Below, one piece after another: positions 57,916-64,000 of a DNA stretch of 64,000 nucleotides. Both the position numbers and the translations under genes were made by a program. How positions within the stretch are numbered: the stretch's first letter is position 1; the number at the start of each line of letters is the position of its first letter. The notes under the pieces are model-generated. The model made no database searches, was not told the DNA's origin, and worked only from the letters and a program-made list of their open reading frames with translations. Origin of the DNA: an uncultured delta proteobacterium (lineage in GTDB: Bacteria; Desulfobacterota; RBG-13-43-22); the NCBI GenBank assembly GCA_963802945.1, contig CAWDKY010000015.1:344919-408918 (forward strand), given 5' to 3'.

Positions 57916-58461
57916 TCACCTATTCTTTAAAAACTGCTCGATCTCCTGCTTGTGTTGGGCTACGTAACTACAGCTTGGCTCTTGGCCGCACTTTCGACAT
58001 TTCAGGTCGTAGGTGGAATTGATGGTCTGGCACCGTGGACAGGTATAGTCTTTCCTAATTTCCTTGAGCCATTGTTTGTAACCCTTAGACTTGATTCGCT
58101 CAAGATTTTCCCAAAGGTCGATCCGATGAGGCATGGCAGATTGAAACTGCTTCAGTTCATCGCAGGGATACTCTTCACATTGGCTGCAAAAGGCGATGCC
58201 TCGTTCCGCTGCGCAAGCAAACATCTTGCATTTCTCGCAATAGGGCAACCTCTTGTCCGACCGGCATCCATAGCACTTGCTCTCTTCCGCTGATAAATGC
58301 AATTGTACCGCAAGCTTTTTGAGCCTTTCCTGATCTTCCGTGGTGGCGATAAACCATGAGCAGGCTTCACAGTAAAGGCCGCATACAGCGGCTAATTTTT
58401 TGTCCAATTCTTCAAATTGCTTTTCTTCATTTTGCATGACGACCTCCATCCTCATTTTCAA
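57916..58461 (-). CDS. DUF3795-like cysteine-rich protein
   Basis: 181 aa with CGLYCEAC, CYGCRS....YC.KCKMF.C and FCSQCEEYPC. Confidence 0.7.
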   Translation of the reverse strand: MKMRMEVVMQNEEKQFEELDKKLAAVCGLYCEACSWFIATTEDQERLKKLAVQLHLSAEESKCYGCRSDKRLPYCEKCKMFACAAERGIAFCSQCEEYPCDELKQFQSAMPHRIDLWENLERIKSKGYKQWLKEIRKDYTCPRCQTINSTYDLKCRKCGQEPSCSYVAQHKQEIEQFLKNR

Positions 58462-58475
58462 ATACCTGCGGAATA

Positions 58476-58537
58476 AAATAAAGGAGCCGGTCCTGATTAT
58501 TTATTGTTTCGCCTTAAAGAGAACCTTCCCATCTATC
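58476..58537 (+). repeat. Hairpin repeat family H, copy 3
   Basis: AAATAAAGGAGCCGGTCCTGATTATTTATTGTTTCGCCTTAAAGAGAACCTTCCCATCTATC. Confidence 0.8.
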
Positions 58538-58611
58538 ATGCTTCTCCCTATTGCCTTGAATTAAGTAACCTGTCCTCGGGATAGCACGGCACTTTGTTTA
58601 TTTCTATAAGG

Positions 58612-60114
58612 TCATCCGTTCGGTCCCTTGGTCACCGGTTTGCCTATGTCCCTGACAATGGCCTTCAATAAGGCCAGGTAAAGCAAACGGTGAAAAGGAT
58701 ACAGGACATACCAATAGAGGATCCCACCCAACCCTCGGGGTAAAAAGCGGGAGATCTGCTCAAGCTCGGTATTGCCATCCGGAAGAGGCCGGATTTTGAA
58801 TTCCAGGAGGGCTTCGCCGGGCAGCTTCATTTCAGAGACTAATATTAAATGAACCAAAGGTGTTATTTCCAATACTCGCCAAAAATCCAGGGCTTCGCCG
58901 GGCAGTAAATCAGTCGGATGGCGTCTTCCTCTCCTGAAACCGACACCCCCGACCAGGCGGTCAACCCAACCCCTGATTTTCCAGAGAATGTTTTCAGAAT
59001 ACCAGGCTTTCCCGCCCCTGCCTTGAATTACAGATTTCCAGACCTCTTCCGGATGGGCTTTAAAGCGAACACGAAAGCTCATTTCCAGAATAGTCCCACC
59101 GGCATACTGAGTATCCCCGCAATAGTACCATTCCTGGGGAACAATAGCGCCGGCATCCATCCAGCAGGTATCAATTCGTTGCTGATCAATGCGGTCCAAG
59201 GCCAAGCGAATGGTTTGTCGGCAGTCCAGTAATTCTTGGGGGATGATGTCCCGGATCCGCTGGTCCTGGCAAGTAACTGGATTACGCAATCCTTCAGTCA
59301 GAGGTCTGGCGATGGAAGAAGGGATCGGGGTGAGGAGATGGATCCAATAAGAACTAAACCTTGGGGAAAGGATTGGGATCGGAATAATCCACCGCTTGTG
59401 AAGATGGGCCTCTTGGGCATAGAGCTGAAAAAGTTTCCGATAGGTTACCACATCAGGCCCGCAAATATCAAAGTTCTCACCTAAAACCTCATCATGCTCC
59501 AGACACCCCTGCAGATAATTCAAGACGTTTCGGATGGCGATGGGTTGAACCGGAGTATTCACCCAGCGGGGGGCGAGCATAATGGGTAACCGATCCCCAA
59601 GATAACGGACCAACTCAAAAGAAGCACTCCCGGATCCCAAAATCATGGCGGCCCGCAGGAAGGTAGCCGGCACCTGGCCGGACTGTAAAATCCGGGCCAC
59701 CTCCTGCCGGGAGCGCAGGTGTTCACTGAGCCGGCGATCATCGCGACCGCCCAATCCCCCCAGATAGATGATCCGATTTAAACCGGCCTTGGCAGCCGCT
59801 TCAACCATATTTTGGGCTGCCCGCCGGTCGGTCTTGGTATACCCTTTAGGGTCGGCATTCATGGAGTGGACCAGATAGAAGGCAGCCCAGCATCCAGCCA
59901 CAGCCTGATTTAAGGATTCTTGGTTCAAGACATCCCCGGTTGCCAACTCGACTAAGGGATGATTCCCCCAGGGACGCCCTTTTAATTTAGCCGCCGATCG
60001 CCCTAGAGCACGAACCTTATAACCGGCTCTTAAAAGTTGGGGAACCAGCCTTCCCCCCACATATCCTGTCGCTCCGGTAACTAATACAGGTTGGGTGTGC
60101 ACGAAGATCTCCAA
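58612..60114 (-). CDS. NAD(P)-binding (atypical SDR/NmrA-like) protein with C-terminal DUF2867-like domain
   Basis: 500 aa with a VLVTGATGYVGGRLV Rossmann motif. The long C-terminal domain resembles DUF2867 fusions. Confidence 0.7.
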   Translation of the reverse strand: MEIFVHTQPVLVTGATGYVGGRLVPQLLRAGYKVRALGRSAAKLKGRPWGNHPLVELATGDVLNQESLNQAVAGCWAAFYLVHSMNADPKGYTKTDRRAAQNMVEAAAKAGLNRIIYLGGLGGRDDRRLSEHLRSRQEVARILQSGQVPATFLRAAMILGSGSASFELVRYLGDRLPIMLAPRWVNTPVQPIAIRNVLNYLQGCLEHDEVLGENFDICGPDVVTYRKLFQLYAQEAHLHKRWIIPIPILSPRFSSYWIHLLTPIPSSIARPLTEGLRNPVTCQDQRIRDIIPQELLDCRQTIRLALDRIDQQRIDTCWMDAGAIVPQEWYYCGDTQYAGGTILEMSFRVRFKAHPEEVWKSVIQGRGGKAWYSENILWKIRGWVDRLVGGVGFRRGRRHPTDLLPGEALDFWRVLEITPLVHLILVSEMKLPGEALLEFKIRPLPDGNTELEQISRFLPRGLGGILYWYVLYPFHRLLYLALLKAIVRDIGKPVTKGPNG

Positions 60115-60135
60115 TAATTTTTGTGGAACATGGGG

Positions 60136-60872
60136 TCAAGTTTGGTACAGACCGCCATTGACCTGGATGGTTTGTCCGGTCATATATCCATTGCCAACCA
60201 GCATAAGGGCCACATCGGCCACCTCTTCCACGGTCCCGAAACGACCGACCGGAATCCGGTCCGGTCTGGCCTTGATGCCATCACTCATCATATCGGTGAT
60301 GATCAGGGCCGGGCATATGGCATTGACCGTGATCCCCTCCTTGAATAACCGGGAAGCGTAGGAATGGGTGAGGCCCAGGATACCGGCCTTGGAGGCCGCA
60401 TAATGAGGGCCCACAACCCCGCCGACCTGGGCGGCGGTCGAGGACAGGTTGATGATCCTTCCCCATCGCTGGGACCGAAGGCCCGGCAAAACCGCTTGGG
60501 TCACCAGGTAACAGGATTTCAGATTGATCCTGAGCGTTTCGTCCCAGACTTCTTCGGTCATTTCCTCAAGGCCCCGGGGTTTGGCAATCCCGGCATTGTT
60601 TATAAGGATGGATATGGGTCCCAGTTCCATCTCGATGGTTTCTGACCAATCGGCTCACCTCTTCCGCCTGGCTGACATCGGCCTGTACGGCCAGACTGCG
60701 ACGGCCAAGACTTTTGATCTCCGAACTCACCTCCTGGGCCTCGTTTTCATGGGTTTTAAAATTGACCGCCACATCAGCACCGGCTTTGGCCAAGGACACC
60801 GCAATGGCCCGGCCGATTCCCCGACTGGCCCCGGTCACTAAAGCGATCCGGCCGCTTATTTCCGAATGTCAT
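60136..60872 (-). pseudogene. Short-chain dehydrogenase/reductase (FabG-like) with two frameshifts
   Basis: LVTGASRGIGRAIA (60566-60838) and NNAG...YAASKAG...(60136-60630) lie in different frames, with the join near 60630-60645. The only ATG (60872, MTFGNK) is out of frame with the TGASRGIG segment, so there is a second join near 60845-60855. Confidence 0.75.
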
Positions 60873-60895
60873 CTTTTCATCCCTTCTTTATTGAA

Positions 60896-61300
60896 TTAGG
60901 CTTTCGTGAACAGCTCGGGGTTGGCGTATTTGGTAATGTCAATAGCGAAATGGACAAACAAATCCTTTTGGCCCCCGATGGGGAGCCAATAGGAATCCAC
61001 GAACCGTTTACTGGGGGCATAATAGCCGACGGATCTTTTGCCCACCCCTTCTTCCAAAGCCGAATTTCCCAGACACTGTTTATGAATACAATCATCTCCG
61101 GATAATTGATAGCATTTCATTCCCAAGCGAACCCCTCTGTCTCTGGCTGTTTGGTTGAAATCTACAATAGTCCGATCTTTTCTTAAGAGGAAAACAGGAG
61201 TAGGAAACATATCCCACATCAAATGAAAGGCTTTTAAAATCTCCGGATTGACCTCAATATTGTCAGGCTCTTGACTCTTTTCCATTTTTGTTCCTTCCAA
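60896..61300 (-). CDS. Small PAS-like protein, copy 1
   Basis: 134 aa. PVFLLRKDRTIVDFN..A.. resembles a PAS core, and several Cys are present (CYQLSGDDCIHKQC). A duplicate 3' end lies at 63928-64000. Confidence 0.55.
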   Translation of the reverse strand: MEGTKMEKSQEPDNIEVNPEILKAFHLMWDMFPTPVFLLRKDRTIVDFNQTARDRGVRLGMKCYQLSGDDCIHKQCLGNSALEEGVGKRSVGYYAPSKRFVDSYWLPIGGQKDLFVHFAIDITKYANPELFTKA

Positions 61301-61320
61301 TGCTTACCGACCATATAAAA

Positions 61321-61382
61321 ATTAAAGGGGATGGTTCTGATTATTTATTATTTCGCCTTAAAGAGAACCGTCCCATTTATCC
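61321..61382 (+). repeat. Hairpin repeat family H, copy 4
   Basis: ATTAAAGGGGATGGTTCTGATTATTTATTATTTCGCCTTAAAGAGAACCGTCCCATTTATCC. Confidence 0.8.
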
Positions 61383-61437
61383 ACAAGATCTCAAATAAAA
61401 AAATGATAACACTCCAATTTGTTGAAGTCAAATTACC

Positions 61438-61467
61438 TTGACAGGCCATATTTTCTCCCTCTATACT
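61438..61467 (+). promoter_or_regulatory. Sigma70-like promoter TTGACA-N18-TATACT
   Basis: The TTG used as the start by the ORF track (61438) is the first base of a consensus TTGACA box. TATACT is at 61462-61467. Confidence 0.5.
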
Positions 61468-61518
61468 TCACTCACCCAAAAGAAAATCCAAATCAAAGAT
61501 AAAGAAAGAGAAAATAAC

Positions 61519-62604
61519 GTGAACCAGATTGATCCAATTTACCAGGAATTAGCGGAAAAAATGGGGAGTCCCGATTCAAAAATATTACCCAGAGTACTCC
61601 AGAGGCTGGCTACTCTGGAACAGGCCCAAATCCTGCGCGAAATGCCGGCTTCCTTTGAGGAAATCGCCAAAAAGTTAGGCTTGAGCTTGGAAACAGTGGA
61701 AAAGCTAATGCAAGGGCCGTTTGAAAATGGGGTTATTTTCCATGGCAAGCATGGTTGGCGTATGCCGGCAAACTGGTTTTTCTTACACGACATGGCTGGG
61801 TCATCCGAGTCCAAGTATGACGATGACGTATTTTTTGATTTGATGATGGATGTGCATAATGAGAACATAGAACGGCTGGTAAAACGATTAAAAGAAGCCA
61901 AGGAACCGACTCTGAAGCAAGTGCAGAGAGTAGTTCCCGACTGGAAAGCCATCCAGGGTATACCCGGCGTTCTACCACATGAAAACACATTCGTAGGCTT
62001 TAAAGATGTATCACCGGTCGTTTCGATTAATTGCGCCTGCAAGAGGCTCTACCGTGACAGGAAGTGCAAAGATGATATCCCTCTCCGAGTATGCTTTACT
62101 GCCGGCAGATCCGGAAAGGTGGCTCTCGAACGCGGACTCGGGAGGGAGATCAACCACGATGAATATTTGGAGATTCAGGAGCGAGCTACCGAATATGGAC
62201 TCGTTCATCTTTATCCGAATAATTCCAAAATACCCGACGGGATATGTAACTGCCATCATTGCTGTTGCGGTCAATTCTTGATCAGTGCCCATACGAAGCC
62301 GAATTTTAATCTGCTCTCGATTGCCAAGAGTCGTTTCATTGCGGAAGTGGACCAGGAGAAGTGCAGGGGTTGCAGGAAGTGCGTGGATAAGAGATGCCCG
62401 GTCGGTGCGGCTCAGATGAAATTTTCCCCTGAATATGGTGAGGACCGTGCCTTTATTGATACGGAAGAATGCATTGGCTGCGGACTCTGTGTGCTGACCT
62501 GCCCAACTGGGGCCCGTAGGATGGAGTTAGTCAGACCGCCGGACCATATTCCGGAACCCCGTAACTTTTCTTTATCTGAAATAGTTGCTGATTTAGTGTC
62601 CTAA
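61519..62604 (+). CDS. Fe-S protein with C-terminal 2x[4Fe-4S] ferredoxin domain and Cys-rich middle region
   Basis: CRGCRKCVDKRCP and CIGCGLCVLTCP lie at the C-terminus, and CNCHHCCCG lies upstream of them. I moved the start to the in-frame GTG at 61519, downstream of the predicted promoter. ATG at 61561 is an alternative. Confidence 0.7.
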   Translation: MNQIDPIYQELAEKMGSPDSKILPRVLQRLATLEQAQILREMPASFEEIAKKLGLSLETVEKLMQGPFENGVIFHGKHGWRMPANWFFLHDMAGSSESKYDDDVFFDLMMDVHNENIERLVKRLKEAKEPTLKQVQRVVPDWKAIQGIPGVLPHENTFVGFKDVSPVVSINCACKRLYRDRKCKDDIPLRVCFTAGRSGKVALERGLGREINHDEYLEIQERATEYGLVHLYPNNSKIPDGICNCHHCCCGQFLISAHTKPNFNLLSIAKSRFIAEVDQEKCRGCRKCVDKRCPVGAAQMKFSPEYGEDRAFIDTEECIGCGLCVLTCPTGARRMELVRPPDHIPEPRNFSLSEIVADLVS

Positions 62605-62711
62605 ATTTGGTGCGAACACGACTTATTTCTTCAAAAATTCGAGGGACCATATTTATTTCCAATTTAAAAATTAAATTAGTATGGATGTCCCCCGATTTAG
62701 TCCCGCTTTAA

Positions 62712-62772
62712 ATTAAAGGGGACGGTTCTGATTATTTATTCTTTCGCCTTAAAGACAACCGTCCCCTTTATC
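62712..62772 (+). repeat. Hairpin repeat family H, copy 5
   Basis: ATTAAAGGGGACGGTTCTGATTATTTATTCTTTCGCCTTAAAGACAACCGTCCCCTTTATC. Confidence 0.8.
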
Positions 62773-62800
62773 TTTTTCCCGATGTCGTGGAATTCAACAA

Positions 62801-63550
62801 TCAATCTTTAAATCCGAATATTGCACTTTGAATGATTCTGGTTGCCATGATCATTTGTTCTGCCTTCATATAGGCACCACTCATTCTATGTGTCTCTTTT
62901 CTATATTCTCTTGCATGTTCTTCTGACCAGAAGAAAACACACTCAGTTCAGAATGAATCGATAATACTATCGTCTTTGAGTTTGAATAAATCTATATCCG
63001 GTACAAAGATTACCGGTTCGCATCCTCCGTCCTTGACCTTATAGCGAAGATCACTGTCAATCTCGATTTCCATCGGACAAGAGCAGTGGGCACATTCGGT
63101 TTCAATTTGTACCATCAGGTGTTCGTTTCGTAATTTCCCTTGCACGAAGGGCGTTGCAAATGCATCTGCCGCTCAGGCGGCATACAATTTTTCACCTGTG
63201 CTAAAAGAAATTTTGTGTGGGGTTTTATCAACCGTGACCGGATAGGCCCACACCACATCTCCCTTTCTGTTTCTATAGAGGAAGGTCATGCGCTTTTCCA
63301 GATAATCCAATGCGGTTTTAACACCATCAACCGAAAAACCAATCTCGTTCGATATGAATTCCGGGGATAAAGGCTTACTTTGACGCGGGAGTTCTCTTAC
63401 CACGAAATGATGAATCAGACGATATTCCTCGGATAGAGCGCCTTGTTCTTTTTCAAATTTTCTTCTTCCTTTAGCTATTTGTTTCTGCCATAAAAATGGC
63501 GGGACTTTAATTATATACCGCCACATTCCAAGCATGAGTTTATTACTCAC
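62801..63550 (-). CDS. MerB-like (alkylmercury lyase family) protein, predicted selenoprotein with two Sec (UGA) codons
   Basis: A single reverse frame runs from GTG at 63550 to TGA at 62801-62803, with in-frame TGA at 63173-63175 and 62948-62950. It reads ...GEKLYAA-U-AADAFATPF...IIDSF-U-TECVFFWSEEHAREY...FGFKD*. The track lists only two pieces (63173-63550 and 62948-63145). The third piece (62804-62947) has no ATG, yet it still matches the MerB C-terminus. Confidence 0.7.
62918..62935 (-). promoter_or_regulatory. SECIS-like hairpin downstream of the second UGA
   Basis: On the mRNA it reads UUCUUCU-GGUC-AGAAGAA, a 7-bp stem extendable by further pairs. The GGUC loop starts 19 nt after the UGA. 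Confidence 0.6.
63140..63159 (-). promoter_or_regulatory. SECIS-like hairpin downstream of the first UGA
   Basis: On the mRNA it reads UUGCA(A)CG-CCCUU-CGUGCAA, a 7 bp stem with one bulged A, starting 13 nt after the UGA. Confidence 0.4.
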
Positions 63551-63694
63551 AGAAATTTTCCTTTCAATCTATTTGAGGTTTCAAATGTTTAGTCGCATAA
63601 AATTTCAGCTAACCTGCCGCGCCAATGACCCACCCTTGGCCCTTTTCCAATTTTAAATGATATCGGAACCTAAAGTAGAACAACGGTCTTGTTT

Positions 63695-63757
63695 AATTAA
63701 TTGGGAGGATTCTGATTATTTATTATTTCGCCTTAAAGAGAACCACCCCATTTATTC
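63695..63757 (+). repeat. Hairpin repeat family H, copy 6
   Basis: AATTAATTGGGAGGATTCTGATTATTTATTATTTCGCCTTAAAGAGAACCACCCCATTTATTC. Confidence 0.8.
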
Positions 63758-63927
63758 TATGCCAAATATAATTGGGAATAAAATATCGATTAGCTCCTGG
63801 CATCGCTGTTCTGCTTAAACCGTCATACCCTGAATGGAATTTCAATCTGTTGTCCCGGTCCGACCCTTATTTGATTATTGAAATCTCAGTTATGTCAACA
63901 GAATTTTCAAGGTAACCTTAAATTGGA

Positions 63928-64000
63928 TTAGGCCTTCGTGAACAGCTCGGGGTTGGCGTATTTGGTAATGTCAATAGCGAAATGGACAAACAAATCCTTT
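63928..64000 (-). CDS. Small PAS-like protein, copy 2 (3' end only; runs off the window)
   Basis: 63931-64000 matches 60898-60967 at 69 of 70 positions. The single difference is synonymous (AAA/AAG Lys) in the ...FTKA* frame. Confidence 0.6.
   Translation of the reverse strand, partial: KDLFVHFAIDITKYANPELFTKA

Noticed and set aside
53856-63757. The six conserved hairpin repeats as a CRISPR array.
   Set aside because: Spacing is irregular (636-3984 bp). The intervals contain full-length genes on both strands. The repeat is about 60 nt with a long internal loop, and no cas genes are present.
53856-63757. The hairpin repeats as canonical integron attC sites.
   Set aside because: I could not find the outer RYYYAAC ... 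GTTRRRY (R''/R') boxes in the required order. Here the centre is the most conserved part, whereas attC sites conserve the ends. Some units hold 3-4 genes or a gene in the opposite orientation, and no intI is in the window. A cassette-like role is kept only as a hypothesis.

Overview
This 64-kb window looks like a chromosomal segment from an anaerobic Desulfobacterota-type bacterium. That placement is an inference from gene content: Na+-decarboxylase beta subunit, HgdC-type activase, DUF362 proteins and polyferredoxins, apparent Sec usage. From 1 to about 38 kb it is mostly catabolic. It holds a partial hsdR, an archaeal-type thiolase with an HMG-CoA-synthase::DUF35 fusion, two tandem thiolase paralogs with SCP2, a ThDP-enzyme/ferredoxin/CoA-transferase operon, ilvC, two acyl-CoA dehydrogenases, two ADP-forming acyl-CoA-synthetase alpha-like genes, DAHP synthase, and a dehydratase-like gene with its activase. 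From 39 to 46 kb there is a mosaic of IS91-family transposase relics around a secreted repeat protein and an MBOAT/AlgJ-like pair. From 46 to 51 kb there is a Tat-linked Fe-S redox operon. From 51 to 64 kb there is a heterogeneous accessory array punctuated by six copies of a conserved ~60-nt hairpin repeat. The most striking item is a MerB-like gene at 62801-63550 (-). The ORF track splits it, but it reads through two in-frame UGA codons that sit at the two catalytic-cysteine positions, and each UGA is followed by a SECIS-like hairpin. About 11 frameshifts are concentrated in six genes, which points to either real gene decay or assembly indels. Several dispersed repeat families and a recurrent promoter-like module are also present. 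I found no rRNA, tRNA or CRISPR array. All domain calls rest on reading the translations by eye, not on database searches.
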